Positions 12,229-26,085 are shown, numbered from the stretch's first letter. The stretch: DNA of 51,854 nt from Octopus sinensis (GCF_006345805.1 NW_021834144.1:1-51854), one strand, 5' to 3'. Notes: generated from the letters alone by a model not told the origin. A program made the numbers and translations.

Positions 12229-12950
12229 TGCACTCATGAGCAAATATAGACAAAATTAACCATGATTGGAGCAGCAAGATTGCAGATAACATCAAAATAA
12301 TGATTCATTAATAAATATAAATACAACAACAGCAACAACAACAATGAATGAAATGTGATTTTTTTTCTCTTTTGGTTCTGTTATTGTTTAAAATACAATT
12401 TTCTTCTTTTTTTTTTTTATTAAAGTATTTTGACTAATTAGTCGTGATCATTAGCTCTAAAATGAGTGTGATAAACTAAATAACGAGGAATAACCATTGC
12501 AGCGAAAGGAGGGAACTTGATACAAAGAGGAGCCTTGAAGTTCAGCAAATTGAAGTTTTCATGAATGCAATACGTGAGTGTAGTTATCATGCATGCGTGT
12601 GTGTCTATGCATGTGCCCATGTGCATCTCTCTCTCTCTCACACACAATATATAGGTGATAGAATAAACAGGAGAATTCATTTATCTTTTTATAACATCAT
12701 AAACTACATACACACACATATACATAGATATACATACACACACACATATATGTGTATATACATGCATACATACACATATATACATATATATACATACATA
12801 CACATAAATATACATTCATATATATACATACATACACATAAATATACATTCATATATATACATACATACACATAAATATACATTCATATATATACATACA
12901 TTATATAAATATATACACACATATATACATACACATATATATTATATATA

Positions 12951-12982
<32 letters not shown>

Positions 12983-12999
12983 CACATATATATTATATA

Positions 13000-13033
<34 letters not shown>

Positions 13034-13828
13034 CACACATACACACTATATATTGTATTTCGGATTGGTCAATTGCCAGTTTAGCCAGTAAATATGTAAA
13101 TATATATATATATATAATATATATATATATATATAAACATACATACACAAGCACATATACATACAAATGCACACATACATAGATTGTGTTTGTGTGAGAG
13201 AGAGAGAATAATTATATATATATATATATGTATATATATACACATATATATATCAGAACAGAAGTGGAATGATGCTATATTAGAGATTGTAGTCATTGCT
13301 TGCTTATCTTTTGTTTATTGACCAATATACCTGTCTTCAGGAAACCAACAATTTGAACACTTAAATAGAAAGTTATTAATGTCAACAGGTGATGGATATG
13401 TTTTCTATCAGTAAAATCAAACAGCAGTTAGCTTTTTGTACAAGGGTCGTCCACTCAGAAACAGATGCTATGTTTATAGTCAGAGACTGGAATTCACATA
13501 CTACAAGTGGTAAAGCACCAGACTTATTCCTTTAAGGCAGTGGGCTCTCAATCTTTTTTGCTGTGGCCAACTTTGCCTTTCATCTGTTTGGGGTCAATTT
13601 TGCCTTTCATCCTTTCAGGGTCAATTTTACTTTTCATCCTTTTGGGGTTGATAAAATTAGTACCGGTTAAGTACTGGAGTAAATAAATTAGTATCAGTTG
13701 AGTATTGGGGGGATCAATGTAATCAACTATCCCCTCCCCCAAATTTCAGGCCTCATACTTACAGTAGAAAGGATTATTATCATTATTAATATTATTTAAA
13801 ATGATCTAAAACCGCTTGATATGGCCCC

Positions 13829-13882
13829 ATATGCAACTTAGTTTCACAGGCTTCTTACAGAACCCTAGCTCATCAGACTGAG
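13829..13882 (-). ncRNA. Hammerhead-like motif (core intact, stem I decayed)
   Basis: Minus strand: CTGATGA-GCTAGGGTTCTGTAAGAAGCCTGT(hairpin)-GAAA-CTAAG-TT. Confidence 0.5.
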
Positions 13883-14520
13883 TAAACCGGATATATGTAT
13901 GTACCTGTCTTTATGTTTGTTCCCCCCCACCACTTGACAACCAATATTGGTTTGTTTACATCTCTAAAATTTAGAGGTCCAATAAAAGAGACCCATAGAA
14001 TAAGTAACTAACTTAAAAAAAAAACACTAAGTAGACTGGGGTTGATTTGTTCAATTAAGGCAGTGATTTGTTCAATTCGAGGCAGTGCCCCAGCAAGGCC
14101 GCAGTCCAATGACTGAAATATGTAGAAGATAAAAACCTTCACTGTCACATCCTACACTACCATAAAGCCCCAGGTTCCTTTTTGCCAGCCAATTCCCATC
14201 TGCTGAATGGTAGAATACCCCTATGCCCTTCATCTTATTCTCGCTATGTTTTGTCTTATGGTTATTGACATCAATAATCAAAACATAGACACTATTTTCA
14301 GACTGAAGGTTTCTTGGATAACTAATTCTAACTAATGTTACCTAGGCAACCAAATCCCACCTCTCTCTACAAATACACAAGCACATGCAATCTTCTTTGT
14401 GATTGCCTACACATTTTGCTGATTACTTTATTACACCCTGCTTTTTACTCATTTCAGCCATGTGGCTGTGGCCATGCTGGAATGAATATATATATATATA
14501 TATGTATGTATGTATATAAA

Positions 14521-14657
14521 ATCGCTATTTAGCAGAAGTAACAGAGTGACACAAAGGTCGAGAATTTTATGCATTGTTAACACTTATCAAACTTTGATAA
14601 GTGCTAATGCATGAAACTCTCAGACCTTGTGTCACTCTGTTGCTTCTGCTTAATGAT
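14521..14657. repeat. Near-perfect hairpin of about 135 bp between (TA)n tracts, decayed hammerhead-like motif
   Basis: AGCAGAAGTAACAGAGTGACACAA...ATCAAA-C-TTTGAT...TTGTGTCACTCTGTTGCTTCTGCT, centre 14592. TTGATAA-GTGCTAATGCAT-GAAA at 14594-14616. Confidence 0.75.
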
Positions 14658-14660
14658 AAT

Positions 14661-14692
<32 letters not shown>

Positions 14693-14694
<2 letters not shown>

Positions 14695-14713
14695 TTCTTT
14701 CTCTCTATTTCTT

Positions 14714-14749
<36 letters not shown>

Positions 14750-14803
14750 CAGTGTTCTCTTTCTTCCCATTATTTCACTTCCTCTTTTTCTCCCTTTTCC
14801 TTT

Positions 14804-14890
<87 letters not shown>

Positions 14891-14963
14891 CATACACACA
14901 CACGCATATATATATAGGGTTAGTGATGGAACACGAAAATAGAACTATATATATACGTATATG

Positions 14964-15010
<47 letters not shown>

Positions 15011-15041
15011 TGATATATATATATATATATATATATATAAT

Positions 15042-15083
<42 letters not shown>

Positions 15084-15098
15084 ATATATATATATATA

Positions 15099-15183
<85 letters not shown>

Positions 15184-15239
15184 AGAAAAGGAATAGGGAG
15201 AAAAAGAGGAAGTGAAATAATGGGAAGAAAGAGAACACT

Positions 15240-15278
<39 letters not shown>

Positions 15279-15292
15279 AAGAAATAGAGAGA
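14693..15292. repeat. Inverted duplication of about 140 bp around a (TA)n core
   Basis: ACCAGTGTTCTCTTTCTTCCCATTATTTCACTTCCTCTTTTTCTCCC (about 14748-14794) versus reverse complement (about 15196-15243), plus flanking CT/CA repeats. Confidence 0.9.
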
Positions 15293-17907
15293 TGGAGACA
15301 GAGAGAGTGATAGAAAGGGAGACAGATAGAGAGAGAAAGTTGTCGACAAAGAAAAAGAGAAAGTGGGAGCACGAATAAGACTGTATAAAGAGAAAAGAAG
15401 AAAGGGTGGAGAGGGAGAGGAAGGAGAGGGGGGGGTTCTCCTCTTTTCAAGTGAACAGTGTTCATAATTTGCAAGTCAAGTGGTATCAGTTAATATAATA
15501 ATGAAGCATGAATTATCACATCAACAGAGCATTACGCCCAGAATCAATAGCCGTCCATCATCAATATACGCATGGGAGTGAAGGCTTTGGTTCAATCTCA
15601 ATATCTAAGGTATAAATGTTGTTGCCAAAATAAGTTAATAACTATTTTGCAAACCAAAGTTCCTGATGGTTGCTTTTTTTTTTTGTTTAGGAAACCTTGT
15701 GAGACTTTGTCTCCAGAGAGCTGTTCCTCCAAGGGCCAATAATATGAGCAGCTCTCAGCAAGAGCCCTCATTGTAGCTTCAAATTCTGGGTTACACAATC
15801 ACTGAGCTCTGTTGGTGAAACCACATCATCATCATCATCTTTCAATGTCTGTTCTCCATGCTGGCATGTATTGGACGGTTTGACAGGAGTTGACCAGCTT
15901 GAGGGCTGCCTGAGCTCCATTTGTCTGTTTTTGGTTTGGTTTCTACCACTGGATGCCCTTCCTAATGCCAACCACTTTACAGAGTGTACTGGGTGCTTTT
16001 TATGTGGCACCAGCATGGGTACCTTTATGTGGAACCAGCATGGACACCAGCACAAAGCTTGAACTGCATCTCAAAGACTAGATCTTCTGTTCATGGCTAC
16101 AAAATATTGCAGCCCACAACAACAAGGCTCAAGTGAGGACCACTAACAAGCACTATTCCTACATCTAAGACATTGTTGCTGCAATGCACTCAGTCATCAT
16201 AGGTGACATCCAGTTTTTCTCTGATTCCACCAGTTCACCACTTCAGACTGCTACGTTATCAACTCTAGAAGGATGAATGGCAAACGTTGATCTTGGCAGA
16301 ATTTCAACTCAGAACACTAAAAGCCATAATAAATACTACACAGCATTTCATCTGATGTTCTGACAACCCCTACTAATTTGATGTAAGAAACAGCAACTGA
16401 ATCTTTCTCAAATCAAAGTCTACTGTCTTACAAGAAATAAAGAGGATTCATTGATCCTGGGTATATAAGGTGGCAAGCTGGCAGAATCATTACCACACCA
16501 GGAAAAATGCTTTGTGGCTTTTTGTCCATCTTTCCATGCTGAGTTCAAATGCCACTGAGGTTGAATTTACCTTTCATCCCCTCAGAGTCGGTAAAATAAG
16601 AACCAGCTGAACACCAGAGTCAATGTAAATGACTTACCCAATTCCTCAAAATTTCTGGCCTTGTGCCAAAAATTTGAAAACAATATCATCCTGTGTGCCA
16701 TAATGCCTGGGGCAAAAGACAGGATGGAATGTCTCTAATTGTTAATTTGCACAAACTCAGGGTTGGGCTGACCTGTAATTAAATACCACCATCATATCAT
16801 TTTTTTATCATTTTATCTAGTTTCAGCTCACGAGCTGTGGCCATGCTGGGGCACCACCGTCATCTACCTCTTTCTTAACAAGACAGGGCAAAACATCTGT
16901 ATGAACCACGTAGAAATTAACTTGATGTAACAGTATCTAAGATATGTATTTATCGAACAGTAAACCTAATCATCAACTGGTGAACTGGCTTAGGACCCCA
17001 GCAGCTACTGGCCACCACATAAAAGCTATTTTCGATTGGTGGTGATGGATTTACCAATTCAAAATCTGCCAAATAGCGCCAGTGATGACTATTACAACTA
17101 GCTCATTACTTGAAATTGCACTTGTCAACAACTTACAATGAAACAGCTATTAAAATATTGAAGAAAAAGGAAATAATAATAATAATAATAATAATGATGA
17201 TGATGATAAATAATAATAATAATAATAATATAAATTTGGACAGAGTTATTTCATGCAGAACAGATATGTCGATGTCAGTTGCTTTGGAGTGACATGAAAA
17301 GCAGTCTATAAATTGGAAAATGCAACTTGCACACAGACAGAAATTGGGCATACACACACACACACACACATACATACATACACACATATACACAAACATA
17401 AATTGAGCAAACACCCATACATAAACTGCACATATACATACACAGACATATATAGTGTATATACACAGACACATTTATGAATTGTGCATACACACAAATA
17501 TGCACGCTATTTCATTTGCAGAAAAAGGATTTGCTTCTTTTTTGTGTCCTCCCATTTTCTGACTGAAATGATCGGATCAATGAAATTAACTGGCTTTAAA
17601 GATAAACCACTGAACCTATTAAACATCTAAGATGGTGCCATACCACTAGGTGTTTATTGGACAAAAGGGGTCATTTGAATGGAAGCAGACACTGAATCAG
17701 TGTCATCATCATCATCGTTTAACGTCCGCTTTCCATGCTAGCATGGGTTGGACGGTTCAACTGGGTCTGGGAAGCCAGAAGGCTGCACCAGGCCCAGTCT
17801 GATCTGGCAGTGTTTCTACAGCTGGATGCCCTTCCTAACGCCAACCACTCCGAGAGTGTAGTGGGTGCTTTTTACATGCCACCTGTACAGGGGCCAGACG
17901 AGGCTGG

Positions 17908-17944
<37 letters not shown>

Positions 17945-17961
17945 ATATATATATAATGTAT

Positions 17962-17992
<31 letters not shown>

Positions 17993-18004
17993 ATATATAT
18001 ATAT

Positions 18005-18378
18005 TCTTTTACTTGTTTCAGACATTTGACCGGCCATGCTGGAGCACCACCTTAAGGGGTTTTTTTAATCAAAGAAATCAAACCCAGAGCTTATTCTTTT
18101 CCATGCCTAGTACTTATCCTATAGTTCTCTTTTTCCAAACCGCTAAGTTACAGGGACATAAACACACCTCCATCACTTGTCAAGTGGTGATGGCAGTGGG
18201 GGAGAAGCACACAAACACACACATGTATACAACAGGTTTCTTTCAGTTTCCTTTGACCAAATCTACTCAAAAGGCTTTGGTCAGCCCAAGGCTATAGAAA
18301 AAGAGATTTGCCCAAGGTGCCACGCAGTGAGATTGAACATGGAACCATGTGGTTGGGAAGCAAGCCATGACTGCACTT
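18005..18378 (-). mobile_element. SINE family A, diverged
   Basis: Reverse-complement similarity to consensus. Confidence 0.8.
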
Positions 18379-19430
18379 ATGTAGTGCCAAATGGTATATT
18401 CCTGGTTATGGCACATAACTGGTTACCATTGGTTTTTGCGCATCTGCTATTGCGTTTGGCAGTATTGATGAATGAGACATGCGAGCTGGAAACATATAGC
18501 CTCTGTAATGCTGAAGGTAAATATACAGTCTTGGTCAGCTTGGTGCTGTTTAATTATTAACTAATTGATTGCTTGATTAATGGTTCAGTTAATCAAACAA
18601 TCAGTTCTGTCAAAGTCATTTGGTTACCATCTGCAACCCACCTCATCAATGACGCAGTTTCTGTTCTAGGTTTGTCTGCCTGTCCTGAAGCTAGTTAATG
18701 GGTTAAGTAAGTTAATCAACGGAAAAATAAATAGTAAAGAAGTGAAATAGAACCAGTGTGTGTATCAATTATTGGCAAGATGATCCTTCTGAGATACAAC
18801 AATCATGTGTTTTCAAATTTAGGTTCAAGTCCAGCAATTTCAGGGAAGTGGGTAAGTTGATTACATCAACCCCATTGATCATTATTTTATCAACCTTGAA
18901 AGGATGAAAGGCTGAGTGTACCTCAGCAGAATTTGAACCCAGAGTGTAAAATGGCCAAAATGCCACTAAGCATTTTGTCTGGCATGCTAATTTTTCTCCT
19001 GCATTACTTATGTCATATCCATTTGATTCGGATACATAATCATCACTCATTTTTACTTTCTTCTTTTCTATGTTGGCATGGGTTAGACAAAACTTCTTAA
19101 GATGGAATTCTATGGCTAGATATCATTCTTGGCGCTAAACAATATATATTTTGAAGTAAGGTACGTTATTTCAATGGTCTCCATGTCAAACAGCAGTCGG
19201 ATATTTCTTTTGTGAAAGATATAAAAATAGGATCAGGTAGGGCTGTGTGAAAAGAAGCTGGCTGCCCCAAAAATAATATAGCAACGTCATCAGACCTTGA
19301 ACAACCATAACCCTGTCATCACTGCAATTGGATATGTCAATTTCCCATCGGGCCTTATCAGCCCCGAATGAGCGTGTAGACAATATGGACAACAGCCTTC
19401 CTAATGTTCATCAGTGAAGTGATGCCAAGA

Positions 19431-19500
<70 letters not shown>

Positions 19501-19552
19501 TATACATGTATATATATCTATATGTATATCATGTATATATGCATGTATATAT

Positions 19553-20402
19553 AATCAAATTCAATACAAAGAAAACGGTTTCCTTTATAGGGATGGAAAA
19601 CATCCAATTTTCTTCAATTTTTTCAATAAATACCCAATATGGCAACTCAAAAGGGTATATATTCAATATACAAAAATTATAATTTATTAACATAAAATTA
19701 TATTACAATAATAATATAATACAATGAATAGAAATAAAAATATCAATCCTACAAATCGTTTCGATTCATATCCAAAGATGAATTTATAAAATTCAGATTT
19801 ATGCGTACGAATCTCATCAGAAATATTTGACAAAATTAAACAAAATTACATGTAAAGATTGTTAAATCCAGTCGTTTTATGAATTAGATCCTGCATGTAA
19901 TTTAAAAGAAATGTCTTTTAAATATATATCATTCTATTTTACTGGCAAAAAAAACACGAGTATTATTACTCAGGTAATATATAAAATAAAATTCAATACA
20001 AGGTAAAACAGTTTCCTTTATAGGGACAGAAAACATTCAATTTTCCACTGATTTTTCAGTAAATACGCAATACGGCAGAGAAAACCTTTTCAAAACTCAA
20101 AAGGTTATATGTTCAATATACAAAAATTAAAAGAAAATGGAGATTTATGATTGACATATTTTAAATATAATTTATTAACATAATATTATATTGAAAGGAT
20201 AATATAATTTTGTCAAATATTTCTCTAATGAGATTCATATCCATAAATATGAATTTTTTATAAATTCATTATTGGGTATAAATCTAAACAATTTGTAGTA
20301 TTTATATTCATTATATTATATTATTATTGTAATATAATATTATGTTAATAAATTATATTTAAAATACCTCAATCATAAATCTCCATTTTCTTTTAATTTT
20401 TG

Positions 20403-20405
<3 letters not shown>
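19553..20405. mobile_element. Penelope-like pLTR remnants, direct plus inverted copies, in (TA)n
   Basis: Direct repeat about 19553-19705 vs 19985-20190; 20205-20405 is an inverted copy of 19650-19837 and 20117-20190; contains hammerhead motif; TA/CA microsatellite flanks. Confidence 0.65.
19744..19826 (-). ncRNA. Hammerhead-like motif in Penelope-like repeat complex
   Basis: Minus strand: CTGATGA-GATTCGTA...TATGAATC-GAAA-CGATTTG-TA; weak stem I. Decayed plus-strand copy near 20222-20300. Confidence 0.6.
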
Positions 20406-20439
<34 letters not shown>

Positions 20440-20652
20440 ATGTGTGTGTGTGTGTTGTGTGTATATATATATATATATATATAAAATATGAATCAGAGAT
20501 AAAACCACTATTATGCAACTCAAACAGTGATAGACATATACAAATACATAAATAACAAATAACATATATATATATATAATTTTTCTTTTTTTAATACATA
20601 TATATATGCATGTATGTATGTATATGGAAAAAAAGTCAAGGTAGAAAAGGCT

Positions 20653-20903
20653 AAAATAATTTTATAAAAAATATTTCAGTACCGGTTTCGGTTATTGAGA
20701 CTTTTTCAACTGTAAGTTGGAAAACAAATTTTGGAAAGGCAGAGACAAAGAAAATACCCCTTGTATATTTGAATATTATGCAAATATTCTTTTAAAAAAC
20801 TTTTCATTTAATTTTTCCAAAATTTAATTGTCTTTCATACTTACAGTTGAAAAAGTCTCAATGACCAAAACTGGTACTGAAATGTTTTTTATAAAATTAT
20901 TTT
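20653..20903. mobile_element. Fold-back element with decayed hammerhead-like motif in each arm
   Basis: Arms 20653-20737 and 20814-20903. Arm consensus CAG-TTGAAAA-AGTC..GACC-GAAA-CCGG-TA-CTG with palindromic ACCGGT. (TA)n flanks. Confidence 0.6.
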
Positions 20904-20948
20904 CCATATATATATCAACTCGTGTGTTCCTTTTCAACCTTCTACATG

Positions 20949-20998
<50 letters not shown>

Positions 20999-21324
20999 CA
21001 TCAAACTTTGGGCCTCACATAGGCAATGACTGAGACCTCTGGCAATATGCCATGCTTGAGAAGAAAACCCATCAAGCTGAGCAAAATCACAGTCATGGTA
21101 GATACCGGTGTCACACAAATGGCACCTGTGCTGGTGGCACATAAAAGCACCCTGTACACTCTCGAAGTGTTTGGCATTAGGAAGGGCATCCAGTTGTAAA
21201 AAACTATTCCAAATCAGACTCGAGTCTGGTGCAGCCTTCCAGCTTGCCAGCCCTGGTCAAACCATCCAACTCATGTCAGCATGGACAACAGATGTATGAT
21301 GATGTTATGTATATATGCATATGT

Positions 21325-21692
21325 ATGGCTGTGTGGTAAGTAGCTTGTTTACCAACAACATGGTTCTGGGTTCAGTCCCACTGCATGGTACCCTGGGCAA
21401 GTGACTTCTACTATAGCCTTGGGCCGACCAAAGCCTTGTGAGTGGATTTGGTAGATGGAAACTGAAAGAAGCCCGTTGTATATGTGTGTGTGTGTCTCTG
21501 TGTTTGTCACCCCCAACATCACTTGACATCCGATGCTGGTGTGTTTACTTCCCTGTAACTTAGCAGTTTGGCAAAAAGGGACAGATAGAATAAGTACTAA
21601 GCTTACAAAGAATAAATCTTGTGGTCGATTTGCTCGACTAAAAGGTAGTGCTCCAGCATGGCCACAGTCAAATGACTGGAACAAGTAAAAGA
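21325..21692 (+). mobile_element. SINE family A
   Basis: Matches family consensus. Confidence 0.85.
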
Positions 21693-21930
21693 ATACACAC
21701 ACAAACACACACACATATATATATATATGTATATACATATATATTTACATATGTATATACATAGACAAATGTACACACACACACACACATATATATATAA
21801 TATATATATATATTTTTTGACCGACCAGGCTATCAGATGTTGCTACACATCGCTGGTCACAATGCGCTTTGCATTGTTTTAGCCTTCAAATGACGCCACT
21901 CCACTGGCTAAGTGCGCAGGCCATATATAT

Positions 21931-22028
<98 letters not shown>

Positions 22029-22412
22029 TTATATACATACATACATATATAATATATATACATACACATATATAATTAGAGTGACAGCCAGAAGAAATGA
22101 ATGAAATCTAGAGAATGCAACCCAACCGGTTCACTATTATAACACATTACAAATTCAATGTATCAATTTTGCATACTGTAACGGACAAAAATTTCCATTT
22201 TTGCTTGAAAGACTTCAGCCGAGTAATATGTAGTAAATCCTCTCTTATCAAAAGGCTGCATACAAATAATTGAATGGATACTTGCAGTATGTTGTCAAAT
22301 AACCATTTTAGTTTTTTTTTGTTTGGCCTTTAGTTTGTTTTAATGGGTTTTTTTGGGGGGAGTTTTTTTTTTTTTTTTTACTTCTGACATCATACTTTTA
22401 TAATTGAGAGAA

Positions 22413-23066
22413 TGATCAACATCAGTATCATCACCATTATCATCATCATCATCAATACCATCACCACTGCTGCTGCTGTCATCATTACCACCAACATCAT
22501 CGTTGTCGTCAACGCTACCACCACTGCCATCATCATTACCACCACTATTGCTGTTGTTATTAGCACCGTTATTGTCATCAACACCACCACCACCATCATA
22601 ATCATCATTGCCACCATCATCATCGTTACCATCACCATCATCATCATTACCACCATCATCATCATTACCATCACCACCATCATCATCATCACCACCACCA
22701 TCACCATCACCACCATCATCATCATTACCATCACCACTATCATCATCACCACCATCATCATTACCATCACCACCATCATCATCATTACCATCACCACCAT
22801 CATCATCATTACCATCACCACCATCATCATCATTACCATCATCATCACCATCATCATCATTACCACCATCACCACCATCATCATCATTACTACCATCATC
22901 ATCACCACCATCATCATTACCACCATCATCATCATCATTACCATCACCATCACCATCATTACCATCACCATCACCACCATCATCGTTATTACCATCACCA
23001 CATCATCATCATTACCACCACCACCACCATCATCATTATTACCATCACCACCACCACCACCATCAT
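22413..23066. repeat. Cryptic CAT/CAC/TAC trinucleotide repeat tract
   Basis: In-phase triplet mosaic of about 650 bp. Confidence 0.95.
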
Positions 23067-23516
23067 TTGTATTTCTATCCATTATTAAACAGCAACACAA
23101 TGGTATGGTTAGGAACCTCAGAAACAGAAACAAATCAGATTAAATCTTGAGCATATTTATACTCCACCCCTTCTCCCCCAAGGATTCAAAAAAAAAAAAA
23201 AAAAACAACCCGGGGAGGGAGGGATCATAATCTGTCCTGTTATCTGTTCAAATTCAACTTGAACGGTGTGTGGGTTGGGGGAGAGACATCAATTGAATTG
23301 ATTATAGATCTCTCCTGAATCTAGATGACCTTGGAACTAATGAGAATCGGTGAAGGCTAAACAACGAAATTGAAGAATCACAATCAGTGGTTGCGTCTTT
23401 CTGTGAGGCCTCTTTTAGCTTTCACTCGTTTTCATTATTGGACGGCTGCCATGCTGGAGCACCACCTTGAGGGATTTAGTCAAACAAATCAAATCTACTA
23501 CTTGTTTTCTAAACCT

Positions 23517-23851
23517 AGGAGTGGCTGTGTGGTAAGTAGCTTGTTTACCAACCACATGGTTCCGGGTTCAGTCCCACTGCGTGGTACCCTGGGCAAGTGT
23601 CTTCTACTATAGCCTCGGGCCGACCAAAGCCTTGTGAGTGGATTTGGTAGGCGGAAACTGAAAGAAGCCCATTGTATATATATAGGTGCAGGAGTGGCTG
23701 TGTGGTAAGTAGCTTGCTAACAAACCACATGGTTCCGGGTTCAGTCCCACTGCATGGCATCTTGGGCAAGTGTCTTCTACTATAGCCTCGGGCTGACCAA
23801 AGCCTTGTGAGTGGAATTGGTAGATGGAAACTGAATGAAGCTCGTCGTGTA

Positions 23852-23906
<55 letters not shown>

Positions 23907-23990
23907 ATATGTTTCTGTGTTTGTGTTTGTCCCCCCAATATCACTTGACAACCGATGCTGGTGTGTTTATGACCCTGTCACTTAGCGGTA
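23517..23990 (+). mobile_element. Tandem SINE A copies (5' half plus 3'-truncated copy)
   Basis: Second head starts at the internal (TA)n of the first. Confidence 0.85.
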
Positions 23991-24100
23991 TATACTCATC
24001 CACACCCACTTGAAACACACATATGCTCACCCACACATTCGCCAAAAATATATACATACCCGCATACATGCTCGCACGCACACACACACACACACACACA

Positions 24101-24373
24101 CACGTGCACAAGAAGGTTCATACACACGTCTATATATGCACATGCACAAGAAAAAACAGGGGTAGGGGCAAAATACAGAAAAATGTGTAAAAAAAGTGTA
24201 AAAAATAAGCAATAAGAGTAAAACACGTCAATATACGCATGCATGCACACACACACATGCACACAAAAAAAGGTTCATACACACGTCTATATACACACAT
24301 GCACAACAAAAAAAAAAACCAGGGATAAAGGCAAAATACAGGAAAATGTGTAAGAAAAGTGCAAAAAATAAGA
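24101..24373. repeat. Diverged tandem duplication, period about 153 bp
   Basis: AAGGTTCATACACACGTCTATATA...GGCAAAATACAG.AAAATGTGTAA occurs twice. Confidence 0.85.
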
Positions 24374-24535
24374 TGATCTTTCTGTTTCTGTCTACCAAAT
24401 CCACTCACAACACTTTGGTTGACCCAGGGCTATAGTAGAAGACACTTGCCCAGAGTTCCACACAACAGGACTGAAGGTGGAACCATGTGGTCAGATATCA
24501 AACACCCTATCCCACAGTCCTGCTTGTGCCTCTAT

Positions 24536-24919
24536 GGAAGCACTCCGTCGGTTACGACAACGAGGGTTCCGGTTGATCCGAATCAACGGAACAGCCTGCT
24601 CGTGAAATTAACATGTAAGTGGCTGAGCACTCCACAGACACGTGTACCCTTAACGTAGTTCTCGGGGATATTCAGCGTGACACAGAGAGTGACAAGGCCG
24701 GCCCTTTGAAATACAGGTACAACAGAAACAGGAAGAAAGAGTGAGAGAAAGTTGTGGTGAAAGAGTACAGCAGGGATCACCACCATCCCCTGCCGGAGCC
24801 TCGTGGAGCTTTAGGTGTTTTCGCTCAATAAACACTCACAACGCCCGGTCTGGGAATCGAAACCACGATCCTATGACCGCAAGTCCGCTGCCCTAACCAC
24901 TGGGCCATTGCGCCTCCAC
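24536..24919 (-). mobile_element. tRNA-derived SINE family C nested in a SINE A head
   Basis: Head TGGCCCAGTGGTTAGGGCA...GGTTTCGATTCCC on minus strand; TSD TGTGCCT(C/A)TAT. Confidence 0.85.
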
Positions 24920-26054
24920 TGTGCCTATATACATTAGCATACGGATATCAGCAAAATAAGTGAAGCTGTTTTAATATTCAGTTGCAATGGATGAAGTTGT
25001 CAAGCATCATTCTCATCAGTGTCATCGACTGGACAGACTTTAATCATTTCTACAGTCGCTGCCGTTGCCTTAATTACCATCATTATATATCCATCATCAT
25101 CATCATCATCATCATTATGGATCCTCTTGTCTACGTTTGCACAGGTCAGACGGAATTCATTGAGGCAAAATTTGTTATATGGCTGGAAGCCTATCCTGTC
25201 ACCTATTTCCAAATAAGGTAATGTTAATATTTTCCGAAGGCGACAAGCTGGCAGAAGGGTTAGCACATGGGGCATAATGCTTAGCAGTATTTTGTCTCTC
25301 TGTACATTCCGAGTTCAAATTCTTGCAGGGTCAACTTTGCTTTTCATCCTTTTGGGGGCAATAAAGTAAGTACCTATTTCTTTACTACCCACAGGGGGCT
25401 AAACACAGAGGAGACAAACAAGGACAGACATAGGTATTAAGTCGATTACATCGACTCCAGTGCGTAACTGGTACTTAATTTATCTACCCCGAAAGGATGA
25501 AAGGCAAATTTGACCTCGGCGGAGTTTGAACTCACAACGTAACGACAGACAAAATACCCTAAGCATTTCATCCAGCGCGCTAACGATTCTGCCACTAGGG
25601 CTGGTCTGTTTAGATCCCTGTAACTTAGGGGGTTTTGCAAAAACAGACTGATAGAATAATAAGTAATAAACTTTAAAAATATAAAGTACGGGGGTCAGTT
25701 TGTTCAACTAAACCTTTCAAGGCAGTGTCCCAGCATGGCTGCAGTCTAATGACTGAAACAAGTAAAAGCTAATATATATATACAGTAGTAATAATAATAA
25801 TAATCCAAGGATAGAATTTCATATATGTCTTAATGCCTCACTACATGCGTTTCCACAGATGATATTGTTTGTGTCTAGAATCCACATCCATCGGATGATT
25901 ACAATATAAATTGTAATATCCATGGATATTATGGTGAGTCATTGTTCATTTTGTCAGGTGATATATATCAGTAACATGAGAAAGGAGCAAAGCATGTATG
26001 AATTTGCTAAAATGAAAATAGGCTCAGTTAGTTTCCCCCCGTACCATTCCTGAC

Positions 26055-26085
<31 letters not shown>

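Noticed and set aside
22080-22260. Hammerhead-like AACCGGTT palindrome after (TA)n
   Set aside because: No CUGANGA or stem II could be placed.
22390-23150. Long ORFs (180-247 aa) in several frames
   Set aside because: Translations of a CAT/CAC/TAC triplet tract; open frames are expected and there is no coding complexity.
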